A DNA stretch of 46,069 nucleotides, counting the filler, from Sphacelaria rigidula (taxonomy: Eukaryota): NCBI GenBank assembly GCA_964200075.2. It is 2 parts of 2 records of this genome, joined end to end, with 100 filler letters (N's around TTAATTAATTAA, not from the genome) between each part and the next. Parts side by side here need not be neighbours in the genome. Positions count along the whole stretch, not along the records: positions 23,088 to 46,069 come from CAXNAA020000294.1; 1 more part is not named here. One strand, 5' to 3'. Under the pieces are notes generated by a model, which had not been told where the DNA came from, made no database searches, and worked only from the letters and a program-made list of their open reading frames with translations. Numbering within the stretch: position 1 is the first letter of the stretch; every line of letters begins with the position of its first letter. The position numbers and the translations under genes were made by a program. This document shows, piece by piece, positions 34,744-46,069 of the stretch.

Positions 34744-34894
34744 GTGCTGGAAGTGGAGACGGTGAAGCTCACACCCGAGCTCAGGCGGCGACTGCCGTTC
34801 CTCGGCCATCTGCCAATCCACTGCGACGTGAGCTTCGTAGAGATCGACATGACCGGCTTGGTGTCAGAGGCCACAGCCGCAAGATTCCAAGAAG
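34744..34894 (+). CDS. RNF10: RNF10/Mag2-like exon (VLEVETV...LRRRLPFLGHLP...FVEIDM)
   Basis: Matches the RNF10 RxRxxYLxHLP motif. AAG acceptor, AAG|GTGCGC donor, phase 0/1. Confidence 0.92.
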
Positions 34895-36500
34895 GTGCGC
34901 GCATTCAGCTTTTCTGGAGCAAGCTCTCGGCAGTGCAACGCGATGAACAGCGTGGTGTCATCTTTTTCGTCTTTTACTCCGTCCCGTATGTTCCGACGGT
35001 TGAACGTGCACGTAAACTATTTGTTATCTCGGTGCAGTTTTTTATCTCTGAGGTGATCGTGTACTCTTGAGTGGAGTTTTGCCCAACCCGACTCTCCAAA
35101 TTCGTGGTTAAAACACAGTTGGTTGTAGTCCAAACTGTCATATTCGAGTCTTTACCGCGCTCACGGTCTCTAGGGCACGCCCAGGGTGCCAAGCACGCAT
35201 TTTGGCTCAAGTCGGCACCTGTGGGGCCGATTTGAACTCTGCTAACGTGCTCTTTTCGTAGGATATTGTTTTCATCTCCTTTACCGAAAGGTTCCCCGTC
35301 TCCCTTGGGTTTGGGTAAGGAGTAGCCATAAGATTTGACAAGAACGAAATGTGTTTGATCATGGCCTTGGGGAGATGGGTCGGAGAGAACCCCACCCTGC
35401 ACGTCCTGCAGGGCCCGACGAATAGTGATGTTAGTCAGCGTAACACCTTCGTCATGCTTTGTGCCAAGATTCCGAGCCTCGATGTCGAATGGGGCAAGGC
35501 TAGGCCTTGACCTCGCATGCGGTTAAATTAAGTGAAATTTGTGCCCACACTCGATAAAGATGAATGGGAATATTATTTTCTTCACTTTATTTTCGAACGT
35601 TTTGGTCTCACTCCCAACTCCTTCCCCTTCCTCTGGCCAAGTCCATGGTCTCGAGGAATCAACCCATCTCTCCCCTGGCACACCGCTACATTTTTGCGTC
35701 GCGGATTAGATAAGCACTCCCGCGTCGCGTCGGCTGTCGTCTAACAAGCTACCAAACTCAGTCAAAATCGTTTTGCAACTCATGCTTTCCTCCTCTCAAC
35801 AGTGGAAATTAGACGCTAGTACTTGTAAGAAAACAGTCAAGCTAGATGCATCCGGCTGGAGGCGAACCCGCTTTATCCTCGACGTAGAGCTGGGGCTCGA
35901 CGGCGTTCTTCCACAGCGTGAAAATGTGTTGAAAACATGTAGACATCAAGCCTTGGGGCAGGACGCTGGACTTTCGAAATTATGCTGTTTTGTTGAGCAA
36001 ATTATTCAGGTCTTCCTAGCAGCGACAGCCCTTTGGTGACATGAACGCCGCAGTTTTGAACTTGTTTCTATTCTATACAGAGACCCCGCGGATCGGAGGC
36101 GTTGTGGTACTCTGTAATACTGTATATTGCCTTTGGATAATGCCGGACCCTGTACTCGTGCTGGTTTGCGGATGACTGGAACGTGTCCTCGCCTTTCCTT
36201 TTTTTTTTTCAAACCCTCTTTTTCTTCAGATCACTGTTTGGTTCCTTGTTGTCTGTCCATATATCGCGTTTTCCCCGCTTCCTTTCGCGATTGCTTCCGA
36301 TTACTTCACCCCGCCAACTTTTACCTTGTGAGCACAGCTGTCGTTGGAACGGACTACTTGATCACTTGATGCACGACAATCAATCGATGTCTCTCATCTA
36401 CACGATATCTTACGTTCTCAGGACACAACTGACAGCTGACTGAAGGCCGTCCCTCCTGACGATATGTGGTCGACTTGCGTTTCGATTCGAATTGGCCCAG

Positions 36501-36634
36501 GGACTCAGAAGCGTGAGCGCGCCCGGCGTGCGAGGGCCAAGCAGGAGGCGAAGGACAAGGCTAAGGAGCAGCGTGCGGAGGCCAATAGAGAAGCAAAGAT
36601 AGCAGCTATGCGAGCGTTCACTGTGGACCTCCGG
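36501..36634 (+). CDS. RNF10: RNF10/Mag2-like exon, coiled coil (TQKRERARRARAKQEAK...); later exons not identified
   Basis: CCCAG acceptor (phase 1), CGG|GTGAGA donor. A charged coiled coil follows the HLP motif in RNF10. Confidence 0.85.
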
Positions 36635-39600
36635 GTGAGAACACAAATGCACTTCCTGTGTTGGCATGTCTACAGCCAACACGCCGTCGTCCAAGCACAA
36701 CTTTGTCCATCTTGAACTGTCGCCGTTGTGCATCCCATTTAGAGATATTGTCGTGCTCCTTACTGTGAAGAGGGAGCCCTTCCCTTGTCCGCCCGTCCAT
36801 CAGTGCAATTCATTATTCCAATCTTGTGAAAAAGTAAGACCCGTCCAACTCCTACCCGCGACACCTACAGTACCGTGTCATGTCTTGTTGTATCCCACAG
36901 ATTCGATCAACTGGAGTGATTCGATTGATTGACCGTTGGCACAGTAAGTGATTGACCATGCTACCAGTCGAGCCGTGGTCACCAGATGAATGGAGTAAGA
37001 AACTCTTGCCCGAACGCTCACTGTCCTGGGTACGGTGAAGAAAACCCCTAATTCCTGGATCGCTTCCGTATTCCTAGCAATACCACCTATGTCATCTACA
37101 TATTTCCTGAAGATAAAGTAGGAAAATACCCTAGGCTTTGACGGCCCGGCAATCCATCTCTCAGGCGATGACATGCCAGCATTTCGTTTTTTTTTCAAGT
37201 CTAGAGTGTGTTTGTGTTCTTACTTGAGTTGAGAGCACATTGTTTTCTCCGCTCTGTGTTGGAAAGCGGCTACATGGTGTTGCGATGCTTTGTACACGTC
37301 CACGTGTTCCTCAGCTTTGCTCTTTTATCAGCTAGACATAGCTTGCGGCTACATCTTTTGGCTGCTGCACACTCCAACTTTCCCAACAGGCTTTGGTTGC
37401 TCTCCTGGTTTCACGGTACAGTACTCCACTGTGAAGATGGAGACTTTCTTGGCTGCAGCACATAAGGCGCTTAGTTGAAGAAGGGGTGATGCCGCAGGAT
37501 TGTTGAACATACGTGGTAGGATTAGGCGCTGCACTGTGTTTACCGGTACCAGCTGCGTCGCGTTGAGATGCGCGATTTTATCGAATCTCCGGTCTGTTCC
37601 TCCGGCAACCAGCTGTAGCTTTGAGGTGCGCTGCCGCTTTTGACTGGAGCGGCATTCTTGCCCCCGTCTGCGGTTGATTTTCTCTTGTCGCTGTATTCTG
37701 GTTTCTAGGACCTGTCTGTTTGCATGGCTGCACGACAACATGTTGGTCCCGTTCCGATTGCAGTGACGCTTCCTGTCATCGTCACCTTCGTGCAATTCTT
37801 CGGCTTTTCTCGAAATCATCAACCCCCTCCTGTTGGTGCCTGACCTTCTCCTGTTTCCCATTCCATAAGATTGGCTCTACTCACGTGCATTTGTTGTCTT
37901 GGTTTCGATTTCTGTGACATATCTGTCCATATATGGCTGTCAGTGGTGGGACACCTGAGTGCGAAGTGTGGTTGTTTAAATGCCCTCCTCTCCGCGTGGG
38001 TGTGTTCAAATGCCTTCGTCCTTGGAAGGCCACTTTAGCTTTTCGTCGGGACCGCTTACCCCCTCTGCACTCGCTCATTCTTCCACATGGCTTCGCGAAA
38101 CAACTTTGTCGCGACTCGTTCGAGAACGAAAGACAAGACTACTAATTACACTCACGTCGAGGTGCATGTGTTGGGATATGCACCCGGCGCATCAACCAGA
38201 TTTCGCAACGCACATAAATATCCCCAGTTCTATGCATCTTGACTCTTGCTTCATTGAGTATGGTGGCGTACGCCGCTAAAACTCTTGTATATAACAAAAT
38301 TATGATGACTCTTTTTTCCAAAATGCCTTCCTGTTGATAGGCGGTCGTATTATTTTCCTTTCAGGCCTGCGTTTGGTCTCTCGTTGATTTTAGAGTACGT
38401 GTTTTCTCCTTCGAGACCTCTCAGCGCTCGAGAGATATTTTGCTTGACGTGAGGATACCTTTGATTTCTATTGGCTCTAAAATGCATTTGCTTCCCGCGC
38501 TGTTTTGCACGGTTTTACGATACGTCCCGTTTGATGTGTTGTGCGCGTCTACTCTGCTCGCTCGTCTAGACGCAACTAACGGTTACTTTTTTCAACTTTT
38601 GACCGCCGCATCATCTATGTGGGATCGATCCTTTGACGATGGAATGTGTATCTCTCGCGCGCGCTGAGATAGCATCGGCATTGTTTTGGTTTGAAAGTTG
38701 AATCAGCTTGACATTCATCGGTAGACATTGACCTGAAAAGCTGGGGGGAAACAACAGTACGGCTTGGATTCACTGCTGTCAAGGATTGAATCGGTTCCAT
38801 ATTTGTACCTGTTGACCGCCGCATATCGTTCCAAAGACTGGAAAAATGCTCTCTCCTCAGGTGTTGTGTTTTATGACCACTCCTAAAACTGCTGAAAATG
38901 CTCTAACCTCGGCGCAATGTTCTTCATTCAAGGAGTGTCCCTGTCTAGACGAGTGCCACAATCCGCACACGGCGCACCTACCAGATTCGCAGCACACATA
39001 ACTTTCGCCGGTTCTCATGTAGTTCAGAATCGAGCTCTTGAGCGTGGCGCCGTCAGCCGCCTAAACCTTTGGTGTATATATTTATTTAGTTGCTTTCTCC
39101 CCGATATTTGGATATGAAGCCCGTGGGTTGTTCCCGACGTCGTTCAGCCACCATTTGATTGCGATTTGATCCGACGCAACCTCAGTCCGCCATGGCCAAG
39201 TTATGGTGGAACGCAAGACATGATGACGTTGTTTCGCCGACTGGTAGTATGTAAACATGGTAGTCAAAATAGTAATGAAGATGGTAGTGGAAAGACCACC
39301 AGTGGAACGAAGGAATATAAATTTTGTCCGCACTTAATCTTGCTATTTCGTCACCATCGGTTTTACGTGTTGCAACAATCACCTGCAAAAAGTATTGTCA
39401 TGTAGAAGTGTCGAAGAAACGCGAAGTTCAGAAAGTGCAAGGTACGCAAAACGTGCTGAGTGTGAGAACGGGCGATGGGGGGTGATAATGATGACAATAT
39501 CTACGTGAAAAATGCCCCGGGGGGTACTGATGAGTATAAAAAATTATGTTACAGCTTCGGTGTTTGTGATGGCACAACATACCGCCGCGGGTTCGCGATC

Positions 39601-39789
39601 TCCTGTCATCTTTACTCCGCTGACAACTGCAGTTTATCATACTATTCTATGACTCACCCCGGAAGATCCCGGAAGATTCTGATTCGTGAGAAGAAGAGAA
39701 TACACGCGGCATACGCGATCCACTAGGTCGTGTAAAACCGGTTTTCGTCGCTCATAGACTCCCGAGTTGGGGTAGAATGGCAACGCCGC

Positions 39790-41640
39790 TGTAGAAACAA
39801 GCCACCAAAACCCAGACATACAGTGTGCAGTCGCCACCCCGACATTAGACAAAATGAATTGTCTAGACCAGCAGGTACGCTGCAGATAAAAATACTCGGA
39901 AAAATAAATTCGTGTTTCATATCAAAACACGGTCTGGATATAATCATGAAATAATGAAGCTACTAATTTTTTCTTTGCAATACGAGAACAAAACCCGGAC
40001 TCAAAGATGGAAGAACCAAGCTAACCATTTTTCTGTGCTCTTACCAGACCACAGACCCGCTGTAAACATATGAACACTAATCTTACTATTTTTTTCATTT
40101 GCCACACCAGAGTACAGATCGGTTATAGACATCAAATATCAAGGTTGATAAAAAAAAAATTCTGTACGACCAAAACACAGACCGGGCACAGACGTGAAAT
40201 GATAAAGCCAACAGCTTTTACCGTTGCAATACGAGCTGGGCCGCCTAAAAATCTCACTTTCCCTCAGCCCGCTCTAACTGACGGATGTATCGCGAGTTGT
40301 GCCCGCTATGACACATCGTGGTAATCGACACATCAGTGCGCGTCGTTGAATCCATGTAGCGCTGCGATCCGACAAGGTCTCCTTCAACGAAATACCAAAC
40401 TGTAGTCAAGTGCCGAAGTGGAGAGGGCTGAGGGTACCATGTGCGGCGGAATTAAAAAAAAAACAGCTGAACTTGGATTATCTGTCACAATCGGTTGTGC
40501 CGCGTGGTGCCGCTCAACCTGTGATTGTACAACAACACAAATCGCACTTGGCGCGCAGTCTCTGAGATCGCGCGCAGACGAGGCCCCCAGCGCGTCAAGG
40601 CGTGTGGTAGTACTGTGCGAACCAACGAGCAGTTTGTGAAAATATTTAAGCCGGAAGTAGAAGAAGACACGTCGATTTCGAGAGAATGATGCGATTCCCG
40701 ATCTCAATTTTGAGTCGTTTTCGATGAACTTTTGACAGGATGCACAGGACCGTATGCGCGAAGACCCCTTCGTTTCTCCCGTGTTTTTTTCTTCGTGAGT
40801 TACATGGTGATGGAACATCTACCAACAGCTTTTCGGAACGAAATTGCCAGGAACTCACGAAAAAATAAAGAAAAATGGGGGGGGGGGGTAATCGCACAAA
40901 AAACTTGTACATCGTGTCAAACTTTTAACGAAAGCAGCTTGTAATCGAACATCGTCATTGCGTTTGAATCATTCGTGGCGGGCCCATCTCCACATATTAT
41001 AGGAACCGGATTTCGACAGGATGACCCGATTCCTGAGTTTGATTGTGAGTCGTTTTTGATGACATTTTGATATGATGTACAGGTCATATGTGCGAAGACC
41101 TATCTTTACCCCCCCTGTTTATTTTTTTTCATTTGTGAGTCATTGGCGACGAAATACTTCATAACGTCCCGTACATGGTGGGAAAATCTAATCGAAAACG
41201 ACTCAAGATTGAGCCCGGGATTCGCGTGTCAACACTCTTGTTCGCATCTTTAGTGGCCCAGCTCGTACCAGATCACTTGCTCTAGACTTCAACTGGCTAA
41301 ACTAATCGTTTTTTTCCTTCGCTTTACCAAAACACAAGACCTAATATAAACATGGAATAACGAAGCTTACCATCTATTTCCTTGTATTAACCAGAACACA
41401 GAACAGATATGGACATGAAATGAAGATGACATCACTATTCTATCTTTGCGTTGGCGAGAACACAGACCGGATGTAGGCAGGAAATAGCGGGACTAACCAT
41501 TTTTTCCCTCGACACCAAAACGAAATACAATCGTGATCCTTGTCCCCGTATCGCCAACACAGGTAAGACGTGAAATAACGACCAAAACCCAGACGTGTAG
41601 TAGGTTGAAGCTTGAGCACCTTACCTGCAAAGTCGAAAGC
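39790..41640. repeat. Degenerate ~62-bp tandem repeat array split by a TIR element
   Basis: Core ACCA(G/A)AACACAGACC(G)G recurs at ~39803, 39920, 39982, 40043, 40105, 40169, then 41326, 41390, 41453, 41514, 41581. Confidence 0.65.
40232..41265. mobile_element. TA-flanked TIR element sharing family-A termini, different interior
   Basis: TA|CGAGCTGGGCCGCCTAAA ... TTTAGTGGCCCAGCTCG|TA. Internal direct repeat at ~40690-40810 and ~41020-41150. Confidence 0.85.
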
Positions 41641-41699
41641 AAGCACGATATAACAAGTACGGATAGAGTATGGTCACCCCGACATGTTGAATTCACATG

Positions 41700-42360
41700 A
41701 AGGTTGCGTCTCCTTGTGATATACCCGGAAAGCTGCACCGGTTTTTATTGGGCGGTGGAAAGCGGGCCAGACGTCTTCTGTCATGCCTGGCATCGGGTGC
41801 ACAGGCGTCGAATGAAGGGAAGGAATGGATGACCCATGACAAGAACGTCGAGAGCTACGGCACTGATGAAACGAACACCTTGCCGATGACGGACCACATG
41901 ACCAAAACGAAAGAGCACCAGGCAGTACATTGATATCTTGAGATGTTTAGGGATGGAAGCTGGTACAAAGTGTGGGGGAATTGTTGGCCAAGCTTCCAGC
42001 AACGGAGGTCTAGTTCGGAGCATCAGTAGCGTAGCTACCCATAGTTAACCAAACGTGAAATGGGAGGAAGTGGTGTACGGGGCATCCTGATGTGAGAAAC
42101 ACCGTGTTACGCAAGCCGCCCTTGAACCTTAGGCGGTTAAATGACGTCCCTGGAGGAAAATTACCCGTACAGCAGTGGGGCAAGTAGCTCGAAGATACGA
42201 TCGTGAGACGTCTGGATGTTGACCTTGGCAGATTGCCTGACACAAACATGGGTACTTGTGTTGGGGGTGTTGACGTCAGGCTAAGAGCTCGGGTTGAAGG
42301 CATTATTGAGTGTTGGTGAGCCAGCAAAAGAATTGGAAGACACCAAACCCCCAACAACTG
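41700..42360 (-). mobile_element. Relic of a different LINE ORF2 C-terminus
   Basis: Minus strand LFRFGH...RRLCTRCQA then (frameshift) TEDV resembles the LINE C-terminal R-x-C-x2-C...ED-x-H knuckle region. Confidence 0.45.
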
Positions 42361-42659
42361 CTAGGATTTGGAAACCCCAACACCTTGAACACGTCTCACT
42401 TTAATACTTGAACCAAATAAGCTGGGGATACTCTCGAAAGAGATCTAGATATGGGAGGATGGATGGAGAAATGAAGAATGGACGGGTAAAGTACCCGTAG
42501 TGCTGTATTTGGAGTCCATAGCGATACGGCGAGAATAGAGTTTCGAGGGACATGCGATGAAGTAGGACTTTACTGTCTTGACAATAGATTAACTGTCGCA
42601 CTTCAAGTGACCCACCAGGGATTCATCCGTGGTGTCATGATTGACCTACCCTAGACAAC

Positions 42660-44770
42660 ACACTGTTTGGCAATAGGAGAAGTTGAAAGGAAGGGAAAGC
42701 AATCCCGAATCACATTGAAGCAAAGAGCGAGCAAGGAGTGAGGGACAATGGAATCAAGTAAGGTGTCGGCATGGGTTAGATGGGTGGGATGAAGAGTATG
42801 GATGGCCAATAGAACAGCAAACCCAAGACGTAGTCCTCGGGTAAACGGACGTAAGGGGGACCAGTAACTAGTAATTGCTCGGAAGGAAAGAGAGTGGAGA
42901 ATAGCAAAGCAAACGAACAAAGTCCAAACCAGAAACTGAAGAAATAAAGAGATGATTAAGCAAGCGAGAATAGTAGCGAAAACGACAGAAAGAGAACAAT
43001 AGCCAAGAGGAAATAATGTAGTGTTTAGAAGAGGAAGATGAGAATAGGGTCGTGGGAAGTGCGTCGATTTGACACGAAAAGTGCGAAAAAAAAAGACAGC
43101 CGAACAAGTAAGTGCGGCCTGGATATAGCGGGAATTCAAGAGTAATGGGAGAATGACCAGGCGGAAATGACGTAAAGTTGAGGAGTACGCATGAAAAGGG
43201 GAAATGAGGCACAAGAACGAAAGAGTAGGAGGGCGAGGTAAGTTGGATTAGGGCGAGGATATTCCTGCGTGACATGACGGAAGTTATCGAAGACACGAAT
43301 GATACGAATGGGGTAATGGGGTTTCTATATGTTCATAGATGTTGGAAGTTATTTGAGAATACCGAGATGAAGACGTCGAAAAGCCAGATCCGCATGGACG
43401 AGACAAGGCATACAGCGGAAAGAAAATTCCATTCTTGACTTCAGAGTGTTCGAAGACGTAAATAGTAAGAAAGCGGAAGTATGTGTATGGACAGCGGACG
43501 CAGGAACTACGGTTCATTCCCTGATATGAGCGGCCAACAGACGAGAGTTATGAAAAATTGGCGGCGTAGGAGGCTGTACAAGAAATGAAGGTAAATCAGC
43601 AAGAGAGTCGACAAGAGATGAACAAAAATGCAGTCAGGTTTTTGAGCACTTGACGAGTGTAGGTACAGCTAATACCAAAAAAAAAAAGGATCGGGTGCAA
43701 ACGGTTGTAGGAGGATGAGAGCAAGTGGTCGAAACCACAGCAAGTAAAGTCATGGGGAAGAAAGTGATCGTATGCAGCATAGCGGTGAAAAAAACGACGA
43801 AGTGAAAGAGACTACAAGAGTAAGGAGAGAGGCCCATGCAAGATGTTCATCAAGGAAGGCTACGAATGGGCGACATGAGTATGCTGGAGGTAGAAAAGAG
43901 GTGAAAAAGATGGAAATGGGAAAAACAGAAAGGAAGATGGTATTATGTCAAGAGAAGGAAATTGAAGATTTTGGTGGCTGGATGAAGCAAATATGCTTTC
44001 AGGTGAGAAAAATACTAGATAAACAGGCTGCAGAGGCAGGAAATGGAACAAACGTGCTAGGAACACAGAGCGGTAGAGAATGGTGAGTAGATCAACGAGA
44101 AAGAGGGAAGTACTTGTAGAGCACCTGCAGAAACTAGGAAGGCCAACAACTATCGAGAGGGTCTACGCGGAGTTCGAGAAAGGAGTTGACGGGTGGGCAG
44201 AGATGAATGCAGAGGCATTAAAATGAAATGAACTGGTTCACGAAAATTGCAGAATTCACGAAAAAGGAAGTTGAGGAGTGTGCACCTAAACTCACTAAAA
44301 CAAAGTAGCCAGGACTGACCAAATAGTGGATGAATTTATTACGTATCGGGGGGAATGATTCTCACGATCATGTTTCACAGCTGGATCTGGAAAAACGAGC
44401 ACACACCGAAGAGGTGAAGATACAGCAGCAGTGAACCTTTTCAAGAAAGAAGTCAAGGCGGATGCAGGGGATTTTGGAGGGATAACGCTATCGAACACCA
44501 TGGGGTAAAGGTTCTATAAGATTCCTCACGATGGTGGAAGAGAAAGGAACATCAGCGAGGGGCAGACAGCGTTTTGACCTGATCATAGCTGCGTAAACCG
44601 TGTGTATACATCGGGTAAAATTACTCGAGGTAGGAAGGACGCCGGGCTAACGACGTGCTGTTTATTTCTAGGAAAAACGATGAGGAGAATAATGATAAAT
44701 ACGACGGAAATGTGTGGGAAGTGCTATGATGCTGGGTGGGGAAATATTGAAATATGTTGGTATTTTACAA
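42660..44770 (+). mobile_element. Second, more decayed copy of the APE-RT LINE family
   Basis: Colinear similarity to 11215-13510 (ACTGTTTGGCAA..., GCGAGCAAGGAGTG, GGTGTCGGCATGGGTTAGA, TGATCGTATGCA, GGTAGGAAGGAC). Homology may extend upstream to ~42400. Confidence 0.88.
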
Positions 44771-44904
44771 GCCGTACGGGACCCGAGGCCACGCCCCGGT
44801 CCCGTCCGTCTTTTTCGAGGGTCTCGGTATTCTTGCCCTGCCAAGCCCTCGTGAGAATTGACCTCTCTCGAAATTTTGCATATGAAACAAAAACAAACGA
44901 AATA

Positions 44905-45215
44905 TTCTGACGGTTGAGTCGTGGGTTCTAATCTCGGTGTAGCCACACGATCTAGCAATTTTTTCTCACACCACGCCCAACAGTAAAGAGAACCTGTCGT
45001 GGGTACACAGAAGTTCGACTTCACGGTCGACAAGGGGAAGGTACTGCTGAAACCCTCTCGCGATAAAAAACAAGGCAACCATCGCACAAGGAAGGTGGAA
45101 CACTAAACAGAGTGAGAAAAAAAAACAGCTCCTGTGTTGGCCTTCCTCCTGTGTGACCCGGGCTAATGCAAGTGTCGGAGACACCGGCCCCATAATATCC
45201 ACTACGGTCGCCCAT
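44905..45215 (+). mobile_element. tRNA-derived SINE, 5'-truncated head
   Basis: CTGACGGTTGAGTCGTGGGTTCTAATCTC...GTCGTGGGTACACA...CCTGTGTTGGCCTTCCTCCTGTGTGACCC matches the reverse complement of 21997-22305. Confidence 0.85.
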
Positions 45216-45995
45216 CCATCGTGTTCATGGTAACCTGTCCGGTGATTTTCCGGCGGAGGTGCCAGTACCCTCGACACGCACTCGACGACTAACAGATACT
45301 GTTTCACCTGTTTGATGATTCCATCACGCCCTGAAGGGCTGCCCGGACTAACAAATATGTAAGTATTCCTCTGTGTGGTGACCACTGCTCATAACGCTTG
45401 AAACACGAAACCCGCCCCATATTCACTATCGCTGTACCCATCCTGTTCACGGTACAAACTGTTCGGTAGTTCTCGGTGAGAACGCTCAACGAGAAACATA
45501 TATCATTTACCCTGCTCGGTGATTTTATGACGCCGCGCGACGCGTACATGGGAGCTCGGGTAAATTGTCGGTGTATCCCCCAGTGTTCCAATACCGCCGC
45601 CCAACCTTGAAGTTTGTTATCCTGTGCGCAATCTGGTTCGGCGGAATAATAGCTTTGATATAGTTCCTCCGGAAATGACGGAAATTTACCCTCTTTGCAG
45701 TGACCACTGCTAATGAAAGCTCGGAGAGGTCAGGAAAGAAAGAACGCGTGGACATCACGCTCGGGGGAAAATCCGGTGTGGGATATGTGGATGGCAACCT
45801 CAGGCAAATTGCCCGTATACCCCCCACCGTCCCATTACCGCCGTTCAACCTGACAATTTGACACTATAACGTCTTTCATGTTACTCCCCCACCCCGCAGC
45901 ACTGTCCACTCTATATTAAGCCGTTCATTCATGTTGAATTTTCCTTTGCGCAATCGGGGTTGCCGGGATATACTGTTGAATGTTCTTTGCACCAA

Positions 45996-46069
45996 GGGGG
46001 GGGGTACTCATGATCATGCATGCCATAGTCATGAGACCATTGACCTCGCATCCCTACAATGCCGGGATG
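45996..46069 (-). mobile_element. 3' end of a related C-tract LINE (runs off the window)
   Basis: Reverse complement AGGGATGCGAGGTCAATGGTC...ATGAGTACCCCCCCCC. The same terminus GTACTCATGATCATGCATGCC also occurs at ~30214. Confidence 0.75.

Noticed and set aside
39790..41640. CRISPR-like periodicity
   Set aside because: Units are degenerate along their whole length, there is no constant repeat/unique spacer pattern, no cas genes, and the context is eukaryotic.

Overview
Intron-rich, transposon-dense eukaryotic DNA. The repeat style and long introns suggest a brown alga or related stramenopile (inference only). A 100-bp artificial join (44N-TTAATTAATTAA-44N, 22988-23087) splits the window, so the two halves need not be true neighbours. 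Left half: a + strand multi-exon TBC-domain Rab-GAP gene (IxxDxxR and YxQ fingers in exons 20385-21383, probable upstream exons from about 2.6 kb). Its introns hold a decayed APE+RT LINE, which is interrupted by an (AAT)n-tailed non-coding element and by a TA-flanked TIR element that carries a second nested TIR element. Right half: a + strand multi-exon RNF10/Mag2-like RING E3 ligase gene (27060 to beyond 36634) with a GC-AG intron and a probable N-terminal PAM2-like motif, followed by more MITEs, tRNA-derived SINEs, a degenerate ~62-bp tandem array and LINE relics. Most notable: (1) a LINE family whose ORF2 stop runs straight into C-rich tracts and which appears to sit preferentially in C-rich sites; (2) a structured, ORF-less (AAT)n-tailed element family; (3) the PAM2-bearing RNF10; (4) a three-level transposon nest with its empty site in the same window. 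I found no prokaryotic-type system such as CRISPR or an operon.
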